Part shown: in pieces, positions 45,207 to 64,000 of the stretch
How positions within the stretch are numbered: position 1 is the stretch's first letter
Layout: every line of letters begins with the position of its first letter
DNA from: Blastocystis sp. Blastoise
Taxonomy: Eukaryota; Protista; Bigyra: Opalinata
Reading direction: 5' to 3'
DNA: 64,000 nt
Assembly (NCBI GenBank): GCA_039096225.1
Contig: JBBPEB010000032.1
Coordinates: forward strand, 558,001-622,000
The notes under the pieces: model-generated
The model's database searches: none
What the model was told of the DNA's origin: nothing
What the model saw: the letters and a program-made list of their open reading frames with translations, nothing else
Made by a program: the position numbers and the translations under genes

Positions 45207-47140
45207 TATACGTTTTAATAATCCTTGAATCGTAACATTTTCAGGGGCAAAATCCATATCAACAGCATTCTTAATATCCTATATACATTGTAATTAGAGT
45301 ATTATATATATTATATATAGAAAATAACTATATAAAAAAATAAAATAAATGTAGCAAATGATATATATATATATACATGATCTGATTCACGATCTTCATC
45401 ATCATTAATAACATCTAATACCGAAGCTATAGCTACTCCATATATATGTTCTCCCTTCTTATCTTCAAGGGGATGATCTAAAGGAGTACGAATAGCAGGA
45501 GAAGTAGGATCACTCTCAGGAGTATAAATACCTATATATATTAATTATAAGTATTCATAATTTATTGTCTTTTTATATTATAATTATAATCAATACAAGA
45601 AACACAATTATAATAAACATAATAAAAATAATAAATAAACATATTAATAAATATAAAAACTATAATAAACATAATAAATATAGCGAATAAAAGATACCAG
45701 TAGTAAAGACTTTATTTCCTTTTTCCATATCGATAAGAGGTGTTCCAGGAGTTTGTTCATTCTTAATAAGTGATTGCACATCATCACGTTTCTTAGCAGC
45801 AGGAATACAACAGGACTATAAGTGTTCACATTCATTAGGAAAACAAAAAATAATTATAATTATAATAAAAATAATAAGATATAATAATTATAATTAGAAA
45901 ATATGTATTTTTTATATAACAAATAATAATAATAATAAATAAATAAATAAAAAACAATAATTACAAAAACATTAATAATAAATAATACTTACAATTAATT
46001 TATTATAATCTTTTGGTGAGCAATTTAATGAATGAATACAAACAAGTAAAATATAACAACAATAGAATAATAAGAATCCTAAAGCCATATATATATTTAC
46101 TTCATTAATTTCAATAACAATAAATAAATAAATTAAAGCAACAAAGAAGATAATACTATCTCTTAAGAATGTTTGTTTCTTTACAATTGTACGAGCAGCT
46201 AAAGTAATACAACCTATATATATATATGTATATATTTAAATAATCTTTTATCATTATATTATTTTTATTATTTCAAAAATTAATAATTAAAAAATAAACA
46301 TAAGTTTACACATAAATAATAAAAAAAAACATAAATAATAAAAAAAAACATAAATAATAAAAAAAAACAAGTTTACAATAAATAATTCATATACTAACAA
46401 TGATAGTAACAATAAAGACATCAGAACCAAGATTTTGACCAATAGCAAGACCTGCTGACCCATGATTAAATGAGGAAACTAAAGTAAATAAATCAGCAGC
46501 ACCAATACCTAACGAGAGGAAAGTAACACCTAGATAATATTCATAATATTAAATCCTGTTCAATTATAAAATAAATATAAAATAAAAGCAAAAAGAAAAA
46601 ATAAATAAATTCTTTAAATACCAGCAAAATTAGGACTCATATGGAATCTTGTGACAATAGTTTCAATGATAGGACAGAAGAAGTGATCTGCAGTAGAAAC
46701 AAGAAGATTCAATAATAATAAATCCCAAAGAATGACTAGTGTATACGTAATAGGTTTCAACCATGACTCATGTTCTTCAGGAATAGAGCATTCAAGAAGA
46801 TATCTATATATATAAAATAAATTACAATGATTTTGAACTATTTAAAGAGGATAAATCACATACAAATAATTAATAAATCCAGCTTTATCTTCACAAGCTT
46901 CTTTTTCACATTCGTAAGCATCCTAAGATAAATAAATAGTAATATATTTTATAGTTAGAAAATAAAAAATATATAAAATACTTGAATTTCTTGAGCGCAA
47001 GTAAGATTAGTTTCGGCAAATAAATATCTGTTGACACCTCTTTTCATTGCATCTTTGTTAGTAGTTTTAATGAAAGGAGCAGTAATTGCAAGAAGAGCCA
47101 AGCCAAATAATAAGAATGAATATCGTTTAGATAAATACAT
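44005..47140 (-). CDS. Cation/Ca2+ exchanger, CCX/NCLX (SLC8B1-like) subfamily
   Basis: Signal-like N-terminus, GFINYL, TADHFFCP, alpha-1 AGVTFLSLGIGAAD, FLRD, alpha-2 LGVTILSWGTGAND, AKQGYPEMSITACFAGPLFN. Confidence 0.9.
46311..46367. repeat. 19-bp tandem repeat x3 (CATAAATAATAAAAAAAAA)
   Basis: Direct reading; lies in an intron of the exchanger gene. Confidence 0.8.
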
Positions 47141-48832
47141 CGTTCATAAGTTTAATAACAAATTTTGTTGTTAGACAAGAACAACTCGAAAATAATTAGT
47201 TATAATTGATCAAAGAAAAAGAAAACATTCAAGCATGTCACTTTAGGCTTAGAGATGAATTTCCAAGGTAAAAATAGAGACAGTAAGGAGAAATAGCGAC
47301 AGATTCCAGTCGATAAAGAAATTTTCTTGATTATTATTTGTTCTTTGTAGGTGTTTTGTCGAGATAATCAACACAAACAGAGTTTGTCATTTGTCGATAC
47401 TTCTTTATACGAAACACTTTTATTTTTTTGTGGCTTGGTAATTAAGATAAAATGCGTCACCCTAAGCAGATTTTTAACCCGAAAGATTTGCGGTTATTCT
47501 TAATGATCTCCCATAAAAAAAAAATTAACAGAAGCCTAAAAAAAAAATCATGGATTAACCCCTGGATTCAATAAATATCCCCACAAACCTGATTTGTTCA
47601 TTCCCACAAATAATCACAATACTGACTCTATATTCTACTTTTTTGTCAATAATCTGGTTTTCTCTTTGATTGGGGAAAAGGCTTCGTTTCCACAGATTTT
47701 GTCATTGTATTGGACAAACCGATGATACATAATTCGTCATAAACAAAACACCTAAATGAAATCAATCTTTTTTCTCCACTCAACTTCATTTTATACTTTT
47801 TCCTAATACAACAATTATTGTTCCCAAATAATATTCTCAGAACATTACTATGTTTATTTATATTATCTACTTTGGATACAATTGAATCATTTAATATGTC
47901 CTTCCTATATCATTACCATTTTTCAAATTTAGCACACATTAAAAACAATTACTGTTTTTAAAGGAATACGTTAAAGATTCGTATGTTATGAAAATAATCA
48001 GTAAAAGTGTTTTCGATTATTTTTATTGTTATGATTATCTATTTTTCTTTTTTAATTTGAAAACGAACAATTGGATTTTATATTACATGCTTGCAGGGTT
48101 TTTAGCATTAAAGATTGGATTGTGTAAAGGAAAATATTTTGATAACAATTAAAATATATCATAGGAAATGAAGCAGAATCAGATATATATAATTTGAATT
48201 ATAGAGAAGAAACTGTTGAAATAGATATTAAGAAACAAAAACATATTTAACAGCTACTATCTGTTTTTCAATATTTATATTGAATTTATTATAACTAATA
48301 ACGTTACTAAACCCTATTTTGAGTACTTACATATTATTATCAAAAGTAAACAAAATGAAAAAATGAGTTTTTATAGTGTGTTTTGATATTATGATGTTCC
48401 TTTATTATGAATTTATATTGCATCGTGTTTGATGAATAATTGTTTCATATATACACACACAAAACATCACTAAAACAAGAAATCAAGTGTCTTAATCAAT
48501 TGAAATTGATCATGATTATCGTTTTTAACAATCATTTGCATCTATTGCTTTCTAGATAAGAAAACCACAAGTTAAAATTATAAATACCAAACGAATTCTT
48601 ATCCAAAAATGTCTTCAAAAGAAAAAGAATGTCGATTTCTGGCATTTTCTCGAGTTCTCCGCAATATGCGGTATATTCCCGCGGTTATAATGCTTCATGA
48701 AACGACTAATAAATCAACATCTGCTCCCTTTTATTTAAATTTTTAAAAAAGAGAATAGAATTGTGGAATGGAATTTCTGTTTTCGAAATCAATTTTATTC
48801 ATTATCTACTTTATATTTTTTTTTAATTTTAA

Positions 48833-51272
<2,440 letters not shown>

Positions 51273-52198
51273 TATTCATAATCATTTGCTTTTCATTTAT
51301 ATCATTTTTCTTGATATAACAACAATAATGATGTTTTTTTATTCATTATAGTTTATTCTATCAATTATGTATATATATATTTTTATTCCTTTTGAAACTA
51401 TTTTCTTTTTCATAACTATATCGTTTTCTATACCACTTTTTCTTGATAATTATATATTATGTCTAGTTATTTTGGATTTTCTATATTTTTCTTTATAATG
51501 ACATAAGTCATTAATTATGATGGATAATCAGAAATTTTGTTTTTATTACTTTACCATTGGTTTTCTTTCTATAAATTTTATTTATTTATTTAATATTATA
51601 TATGAATACACCAAAATTCATATAATCAAACTAATTAATTTTACTAATCATCACAGTGCATATATTTTAAAGAAACGTGACATTTTCTTATCTCAACACA
51701 CAAAATCCATTATTCATTGTATTTAACAGTAATACATATCATATTCTATTCTTCACATAAATATATATTCATTCATATCAAGCAATGAAATCTGTTATCA
51801 CTTATATATACAAAAAATATATATTTTCAAATATTTATCAAATTCTATTAATTCACAAACCAATTCTACCTTCTTTCTTTATACGCGAGATATCTATCCT
51901 ATATATTAACAATCCCATGTATTTATTAACTATATCTGAAAATTATAAAAACTAAAATGACAACAGATTATCTAATTATAGTCTTTTTTAACATATCCTT
52001 ATTCTCTTTATTATTTTTAATAAGTACTATGCTCATAGATATCAATATATTAAGAAAACTCAAATTATGTAAACGAGTTTCACCTCTAAAGAGAACCGAT
52101 CAACTCTATTCATACACTATAAAACAAAATCACATAATAATTTACAAAATCACCATTATATGTCAAATAAAATGATAAAACGAGACATTCAATTCAAC

Positions 52199-52338
52199 CA
52201 GGGTTCGCCACGAAGACTCTGCTGGGGTACAGAATTCCCAAAGGAGCCAGTTTTAAGGGTACTTTTGGCGGCTCAAGGCGTAGGACAAAAATCCTCTGGG
52301 GTAGAGTCCCTACCCTGGGTAGCCTATGGCGAACACTG
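52199..52338 (+). mobile_element. MITE-like element, copy 2
   Basis: Starts CAGGGTTCGCCAC and ends ATGGCGAACACTG (13-bp imperfect TIR). Internal GGGTA/TACCC repeats and the palindrome CTACCCTGGGTAG. Confidence 0.72.
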
Positions 52339-52572
52339 AACACAATTATAACTATTCTCTTTTTATTGGTCAGTCAACCATTTTCTTATTTTTGATTGGT
52401 TTAAAAAACCTTTTTTGTAAACGGTATTCTCAGGAATATAAATGAATAAATAGGTAGAAATTAGAAGTATTCACGAGTGTCGCCTATTATAGTTGTTTTC
52501 TGGTCAGCATTATTCCTCATTTAATTTCAGAAAGGACACCTTTGATTAACATACAATTGGCAAAAAGTTATT

Positions 52573-54113
52573 ATGGGTTGTTGTGCTTCTAAATCTGAGG
52601 AAAATCATCTTGAAGTTGATTTCAAAAATAAAAGAAAATGTACGGATCCAATATGTTGTTGTGTCTTCATATTATTCTGGTTTATTCTACTCATTTTATT
52701 CTTCTTGGGACTTTCATTTGGTCAACCTGAAAAGTAATTGATTTATTCGATTATTTTATCATTTATTTTGTAATTTACCTATTTGTCTATTTTGTTTTAC
52801 ATAAATAGCATTATTTATGGATTGGATTATAATGGGCATGCTTGTGGTGATCCGAAGATACATCCTGGTGCTACAGAATATAACTGTACTACAGATCATC
52901 CTTGTAAATATGTGTATTATCCACGTCTCAGTGACGATGCTGCTATTGGTTTAATGACTGTATGTATTTGAATTCATTGAATAGCATTCAATTATTAGTA
53001 TTACTATTGTATACTATTCCAGATCAAAAATAACCTAATTTATTATAATATCTATATATATATATATCTTTTCTTTATTTCAGAGTGCATTTGTTGCATA
53101 TGGTGTTTGTTTACCAAAATGTCCCGTTGAAAATCAAGTAGTTTGTAGTTATGAATATCAAAATAAATATGGTTTACCGATAATGAATGATTTATTAGAT
53201 TGTACGGATATTATGTACGAATCGAATCATCTCGAATTGTGTTCTAACTGTTGGATTACTCCACTTAATACTACTAGTGTTATGTATGTTCTATTTTTTT
53301 ATATTATGCTTTTATATAGATTTTTTTATTATTGATGATAATATTCATTTTATTATAATATATCATTTCTATACAATATATGATTATCTTCTATATATTT
53401 CTAGTTATCGTTGTATTCCAGTAGAACCATTATATAAAGAAGTAATAGAATATTGTAATCTTCCTAAAAGTCCACGAGATCCTCTTAATCCTGAATATAT
53501 ATCTCCAAATAGTGATAAATGTTTATCTAAAGTTGTTGAAACAATATCAACTACTATTAAACCTACTGATATAGATGTAATTACAAAACAATTAGCATCT
53601 TTAGTAGGTATGCTAGGCATGTGGGTTCAAGATATACAAAATGGATGGTTATTATTATTAATAGAAGCTTGTATTGCTATTGTTTTTGGCTTTGTTTTTA
53701 CTGTATATTCTATATAAAGTTTATATAAATATAGGTTTTATATTCTATATAAAAATTAGTTTTATATTCACTATAAATAATAATTTTGTATTCACTATAA
53801 ATATTCTAGTATCAATAGTTCAAAATTCTACCTAATAAATTCATTTTTCCTTATTTTTATCTATTTCTCTAGTCACTTATGGCTTTTTGTGCTAAATTTT
53901 TGATATGGGTAATACTAATTCTTATAGTATTAGTATCTATAGCTGTAACTCTATATTGTTATATGCAAGGAAATGTTATTGATATTAATAGTGGTCTGAA
54001 TTGGATTATTGATTTTGGAGATAGTATTTTTGATTATGGAAATAGTTCTACTCTTAATATTACAGTTGAATCCATTGTATATTATTATTATTATTATTAT
54101 TATTATTATCTTG

Positions 54114-54204
<91 letters not shown>

Positions 54205-56275
54205 TCATATTCTTAAAGAATATCTAATAACTATATTCTATTTTTTTAGATACCTAGTGATCTTATTCCATTCACACAGAGTTCCGAAAACTGGACTATT
54301 ACAGCTTATGTATTAACTGCTATTACTCTTCTTGTCCTTGTTATTGTATGTGCTCTTGGCAGCATGGTTGGAGTCAGTGAAAAAATCATAAAAGAAGCTA
54401 CTCATAGTATTAATACAATGCCTATATTATTGTTGTATATATATTATTTTATATACATTTTTGAGTATTTTAGTCTATTATTTATATTTATTATATAAAC
54501 AATCTATAATACTATATACGATATAAATATATATATATATATATTTAAACCTATTCTTTTATTTCTATTTTTTATCTTCTTTAGTTGTCCTATCCTTGTA
54601 GCTATCGCTAGTGTTATAGTGATTGCTTTCTTTATTATATCTACTACTCTTCTTGTTAGTAGTAATATGGAATTGTCGTCAGCATCTAATTTCTTAGTGT
54701 CTACAGCAACAGATTTATTAGGTATACAATCATTTTCTCTTGTTTATATATATTTATAATATATTTTAATATTTTTTTTTCCTTTTTTAATAATTTTTTC
54801 TTTCTATTTACATATATAATCATATATAGATATAAATAATACATTAATGTTCTGTAGAGATCAAGTCAATAAAGCAAATTGTACAATTATACCTCAATAT
54901 TTACAAGGTAGTAATTTTATTAATTGGTTTGTTTCTATTATTAATTTATTTGGATTATTTTGGTCTGCAGAATTTATTAGTGGTATTGCTGCGATGACTA
55001 TTTCTGGAGCTATTGCTAAATGGTATTTTACTAGAACTGATAAGAAAGGAAATAAAGTATATTTATTTATTTTTGCTTTTTTTGTTTTTTTTTTTTTTTT
55101 CTTTTTTTTCTTTTTCTTATTATTATTATATATATATATATATAAAATTATTTTTTCCATTAATATCTTTTATTTTTAATTTATTAATCTATTATTATAT
55201 TATATTATATTATATTATATTATATTATATTATATTATATTATATTATATTATATTAAATAGCCTGGTGTAGGAAATGGAACTGTTTTATCCGCTTTATC
55301 GACTACATTATGGTATCATTTAGGATCTATCGCTTTTGGATCATGTATAATCGCGATTATTCAAGTCATACGTTCTGTTCTTATATATATTGTTATTTTT
55401 TTAACTATTATGTTTAATATATTATTTATTATTATTATATATTATCATAAAACAAATAATATTTCAACTTCTATTTCCTATTTTTATTATAGATATATTG
55501 ATAAGAAGTCTCAAAAGAAGAAGAATAAGTTATTTGCTTGTTTCTTTAGTTGTTGCCATTGTTGTTTATGGTGTTTAGAGAAATGTCTTCGATATATAAG
55601 TAGAAATGCTTATATTCTTGTTATTACTCGTAATAAGAATTTCTGTACTGCTTGTGTAAAATCATTCACTTTATTAGCTCAAAATTTAGGTCAAGTTACT
55701 CTATTAAATGGAGTTACTATTGTTTTCTTATGGCTTGGAAAATTATTAAGTGCTGTTATGTATATTGTTATTATTATAAATTCATTTTTTTTTTTCATAT
55801 ATATATTTATATTTATTTATTTATTTTTGATATTATATGCAATTTTATTTATTATAAAACTATAAAGTAATATAATAATAGTATTATAAAATTATATATA
55901 TATATATATAGTTCTGGAATTAGTTGTTTCTATTTTATATCTATATTCCCTTCTTATAATAAAGGAGGTATTCATGAAATTCTAGATCCTTGGCCATTAA
56001 CTATTATCTCTATATTAATTGGATATGTTGTTTTTTCATGCTTTACTCAAGTTTATAATATGGGTATTGATACTATATTATTATGTTATTGTGAAGATAC
56101 GAAATTCTTTAAAGAAAAAGATCGTGAACAATATGCTGATGAAGATTTGAAAGATATTTTAGATGAAAAAGAAGAGGAAAATAATAAAGATAAAAAAACG
56201 AAAATAAATTCTAAAGATAAGAAGAATTCACAAGAAACAACTGTAAATAATGTCGTTGAACCTACTCCTCAATAA
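52573..56275 (+). CDS. Choline transporter-like protein (SLC44/CTL/PNS1 family), N-terminal MGCC acylation motif
   Basis: RKCTDPICC, YGLDYNGHACG, CLPKCP, RCIP, GAIAKWYF, YHLGSIAFGS, CCLWCLEKCLRYISRNAY, FLWLGK, GIDTILLCYCED. Confidence 0.93.
54081..54200. repeat. (TAT)n intronic microsatellite
   Basis: Run in a CTL intron with one interruption. Confidence 0.9.
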
Positions 56276-56948
56276 ATGAGGGATTCTAAAAACCATATTC
56301 ATTTTTATATGTGTAAATAATTTGTAAATATCTTTCTTTATATTTATATATATATTCTTTCTAGTTTATTTTTATTTATATTTTATTATCTCTTTTATTC
56401 TATTTTATAATCTTTTATTTTTATATATTTAGTATAAATATCATTTAATATATTTAAAGTATACTGTCTAATTAATAATATGATCTTTTTGAGACTTACT
56501 TATTTTTTCATCTCTTCTATATATATTATTAATGTATGCATTTAATATATCCTTCGTTTATAAGAATTTTTTAACTCAAAAACATATACAAAACAAAATG
56601 TTCTTTTTTTAAATTCTTTAATTATCTACATATATTGAATATATAAGAATTATATTATATGAATGAAAATATATACTATAATGAAACAAAACTCAAAATG
56701 AATTTAACGAACAATAAAATATGTTTGCGACAACATTAAAAAAAAAGAGTGAACTATATTGCAACTATAAAAGAAATGTAAATATGACAACTATCTTTAA
56801 AAGAACAATAAAAAGCAAAGAATAAAGCAAATATCAACAAGTTAAAATAGAAATATATATATATATATAACTGGAAAACAAAAACATTATTCTAAAAACT
56901 AAATTTAATTCATAATTCTTAAACAACATGCAAACAATATATTCAGAC

Positions 56949-59638
<2,690 letters not shown>

Positions 59639-60883
59639 TTTGAGATATGCAAGATAATAAAATAATAATAAAGCAAATGCACCTTTTTTCCTCTATTGAC
59701 GAAGTTCCACAATCGTTCCAGAATGACGAATCAGCTAGTATGTCATTATGATTGGGTATAATTGGTTTTTTTACCAATACATTGATTGCTTTTCTTTGCG
59801 ACACAAATAATAATATTCAATAGATGACAAAAGAATGTGTCTATTTTTTATATTGAATTTGAATTTTCTTATTTGAAATTTATAGTTTATTTTATGCATA
59901 GTATAGCGCACGATTTGTCATATAAAGGTGTACATAATAAATTATGGTAATTAAAAACAAAAAATGGAATGTAATTTATAATCGACTCTAGAATGTTGTA
60001 GTAAAATGTTTGTGAAAATCTATAAATGTAAATTTAAAAACTATTTAAATTTGAAGATAAATAAATATTTTTTTAGATATTTTAAAATAATATTGTATTA
60101 TAGAATCAACAAGATGCCTGATTTTGTACTAAGAAGCTCTGTGTTATGCTTTGTATTTTGTACAATATAAAAGCAGCTGTTTAAAGTGAATGAATCACAA
60201 TAAATGTGATTAACACTGCTTAGTTTTTTAATATAAGCGATAGTATATTTTTGGTTGTAAATTCCAGTATCCCATATACGTTTTAATATGATGAAATTTC
60301 ATGAATAATCCAAATTGCTATAATTATCAAAGAAAGAAAGATAATTCTCAATATTTCTGATGGATTTAATAAAGAATTGAATGTACTATAAATACTAAAT
60401 ACATATTACAAAAAAGAAACTAAATAGACATAAACAGACGAATGTCATCAGTAAATTTTTCACCATAACAAATAAAAGCATCTATTGTGTTATGAGAACA
60501 TAAGTATATCAAATTATAAAAAGAATAATCTTTGTATTAAAATAAAATTGGATCAATTATTTCTCTACCTTTCTTATCATTTAATAAAAGTTATTGTTTA
60601 CTACTTCCTATCAATTTTTCTGATATTTCAATAAGAATTCAACAAACTATAAACGACGTCATTGAACAATGACATTCATTTTTTATCTTATAACTCACAA
60701 TGTCTAGATCTACTCTTCTTATAATGTGTCAAGTAAAATGAAGAAAGAATTAAAATATAAAAATAACAAACAAATTATTTTTAATACTGAAAATACAACG
60801 AGAAACTTGTTAATTTAAAAAAATCTATTTCGAATAACTAAAAAAACTTCTATATATTTTAAAAATATAGAATAAAATTGATT

Positions 60884-63800
60884 ATGGAGGATTTGAATAG
60901 ACGTCTTCTTGTTTCTGAAGATAAAAATGAGGAAAAGAGAAGTCCATTTACTCCTGAAGAAATTGATTGTATCTTATGGTATGTTTGCTTATGTAACTAG
61001 TTTTATTTATTTGCATTATATAGTCTCTTAAAGGATACGATGTATTATCGTGATAAGAAACATAAAATGGGAGATAAGTACTTGAAATTGTATTCATTTT
61101 CTTTTTTAAATATAATTATTCATGTTTTACAATAGGTATAATTTATACTACAGTTTTTCAGGAAAGATACTTACTGGAATTATCAGTATCTTTTATTTAG
61201 GATTGATTTTCTTTGATCCTTCGCTTTATTCGGATACTGTATATTTTTATGTATTGCATGTATTATTTATTTAAAATCATAGAAAATTTCATCATGGCTT
61301 TTAATTGTAATTGAGTTAATTTGCATTCTATACTATTCCTTACTGACTGCTTCTATTTATATCATGTATGGAAAAGATATATTTTGGAAAGGGATATGGA
61401 ATAAAGCTTGTGTATGTTTATTTATACATATATATAAATTATTTATAGGTGTTTTTTCTTTTATGGGAATTTCTTGATTTATTAGGATACTATATATTTT
61501 CTATACCTCGCTTTTCTACTGCTTTTCGTCCATTTCTTGTAATCTCACGCTTCCGAAATATTCGACATTTACTAACCTCATTTTTCAAATCTATACGTAT
61601 ATATATATGTTTTAAATCATAGTTTTTGTTCTTATAAAAATTTATATCTTTTTATCTTACATTTTTTTTTGATTCTTCTATATTTATTATACAATAAAAT
61701 TCTTTTATTTAAATATATATTATGATTTTAATATATATATATAGGAAATTCTTTGAATACATTACTTTTTCTCTTTCTTTTTATTATTATATGGGGATTT
61801 CTAGGTCATATTCTATTCACTGATTGGTCAAATCCACCTGCATTTCCTGGCCCTATTTGTAGCACATTTATACGTATATAGTTATATTTGTTATATATAT
61901 AGTTATATATATATGTTATATAGTACTCTTTTATTTCTTAGTTATTTATATAATTAATATATTTTATAATATATATTATATATCTTCTTCATAGTCTTTT
62001 TTATTACACTAATTAATTATATATATACATATATATAGATACTGACTGTGATGATTATTTTTCAAATCCTTTTGAAGCTGTTTGGCATATATATACATTA
62101 TTATCTACAGTGAATTTCCCTGATATTATGTTACCTTATATATCAAGTAATAGTCCTCTATTCCCAAGGAGACATGGCATTCTTATCACTTCTTTATATT
62201 TTATCATCTTTATATGGGTAGCTATGTATATATATGTAGTATAACATTAAAAATAAGAATTATTTATATGATTATATATATATATTTTATCAATTTATTC
62301 TATTATTTCATATATATACATATATATATAGCTTTATCTTATTGAAACTTCTATACGCTATAATCTTTTCTGCATATTTAAAATATAATGAATACATGTA
62401 TATGTTATTATTATTATATTTATTCTATATTACTAAACTTATTATATATACTCTATACTTATTATTATATCATTCTTCTAGTTATTATCGTAAACTTGAG
62501 CGAAATAACGATAATTATCTAGAAGCATATTCTATTCTTTCAAAGTATAATAAAGGGTATATATATATTTAATAATTATATCTTAATAAACATCCAAAAG
62601 AAGATAAATATGATAAATACATGTTAATAATATATATAGGATATATATATTGAAAAGTGATTGGATATATATCTTTCGATTATTAAGAAAAGATTGTGAT
62701 GATGAAATACTAGAATTGTTCTATCAAGCATCGATTAATGTATATTTCTATATATTATAAATCTATTTATAATTATTTTATATAAATTTATAACCTATAT
62801 ATAAAGAATTCACTCTCAAATGATGTATATATATACAAATCTCAATTTATTCTAAGCTGCGAATTTCTTACTGTTTGCGTATATTATTATATATTTAAGA
62901 AATGATAATTATATTTATTAATTTATTTCTAATATGTTTTTTGTCCTGTTTTCTTGTAAGTATATATATATATATAGGTCACTACTATAAAAGAGAATAA
63001 TCAAGAACAAAAACGTCTCAAATCAATTCGATTAGGATTCAATTCTTTGTATATATATATATATCTTCTTTATTGCATATTCCAAATCTATAATATTTGA
63101 GTATCTTTATATATCAGTTTTTTAATATTTTTCTCACATTTTCACAGTATATTAATATATATAAAACAATATATGTAGATTGAGAAATATAAAGTTATAT
63201 TCATTTTATGATACCTATATCTATCAACCATGCCATTTATATTATAATTCTCAATTAGCTCATGTATTATTACAAATAAATATATGTCTACAGCTGATTA
63301 TTGTTATGTTTCAAGTATATATATTATTAGACATTATTATTAGTCATGACACAATTGATTCTATGTTTTCTCATATATATACACAAACATATTTATATTA
63401 TTTATAAAATATAGTATATAAATAATCTTTATCTCCTTAGATCAATTCATTTGTGTCTATACCTCTATGTGATATCCTCTATTTTATTCTTATTCTTCTC
63501 TCTTGTATTCATTCTATTGGTATATTCTTTTTCTTAGATAAAGACTACAAACAAGAATATGTATATATATATATAATTATATATAATTATATTGTTATTC
63601 TCATAACTAATTATCTTCTTATAATTATATATTCATCATGTAACTTTTACATTAACATATAGTAAAATAATTTAAATGCAACTATTTTCATGCTATTTTT
63701 TTTTCTCTCTCACTATCTATATATATGTATATATATAGAAAATACGTATAACAATATATACATGTCTCTTCATTCTATCTCTCCTGTTTTATTTCATTGT

Positions 63801-64000
63801 AGAGCCATCGATTTCTTTTAATATATATGATATGTCACAAAGAGGCACGTGGATACATAATATTTGTATTTGTATGAGAATCATAAGAATTCTTTCAGTC
63901 TTATGTATATATATAATTATAATTATAATAATAGTCTTAAAACTCATTATATCACTAGTTATATTTAGGATATCCTAATATATATTTATATTCTTTATGT
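60884..64000 (+). CDS. Two-pore channel (TPC)-like cation channel; continues beyond the window
   Basis: Spliced frame: S4 PRFSTAFRPFLVISRFRNIR, pore 1 YFSNPFEAVWHIYTLLSTVNFPDIMLP (TPC TTANFPDVMMP), degenerate EF-hand linker, start of the second Shaker-like domain. Confidence 0.85.

Noticed and set aside
45532-45697. GTATCTTTT donor resembling a U12 GT-AG intron in the exchanger gene
   Set aside because: No CCTTAA-like branch site near the AG; compatible with an ordinary U2 intron.
47141-48832. Relatively GC-richer divergent intergenic region as a possible ncRNA or tRNA locus
   Set aside because: No cloverleaf, Sm site or snoRNA boxes I can support; only a small CCGCA-ATA-TGCGG inverted repeat near 48659.
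63905-64000. Apparent in-frame stop if the TPC gene splices at an AG inside the window
   Set aside because: The intron most likely ends just past position 64000; no evidence of pseudogenisation.

Overview
Very AT-rich, intron-dense eukaryotic nuclear DNA. Most short ORFs in the six-frame track are artefacts of (TA)n/(TAT)n intronic microsatellites. Manual splicing gives 13 protein-coding genes in the standard code: a 5'-truncated LRR-like gene and its BTB-LRR-like paralog, an intronless BTB-TLDc gene, NOT1, RRP5, a PC4-domain gene missed by the ORF track, a CHD/Mi-2-type remodeller, CDC73, a CCX/NCLX-type cation/Ca2+ exchanger, glutathione synthetase, an SLC44/CTL transporter, a bacterial-type PepD dipeptidase and a 3'-truncated two-pore channel. 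There are also two copies of a ~140-bp TIR-bounded element. Gene content suggests an anaerobic gut protist such as an AT-rich Blastocystis-like stramenopile, but this is inference only. Most notable: two U12-type AT-AC introns in the CHD gene plus candidate AT-AG introns, self-complementary (TA)n at both ends of many introns, a PC4-fold protein with a mitochondrial-type presequence, a duplicated PHD + 4CXXC-like cassette inside CHD chromodomain 1, a TTCCCG/CGGGAA motif enriched even at synonymous sites, and a putatively acylated PepD. All splice models and counts were made by eye.
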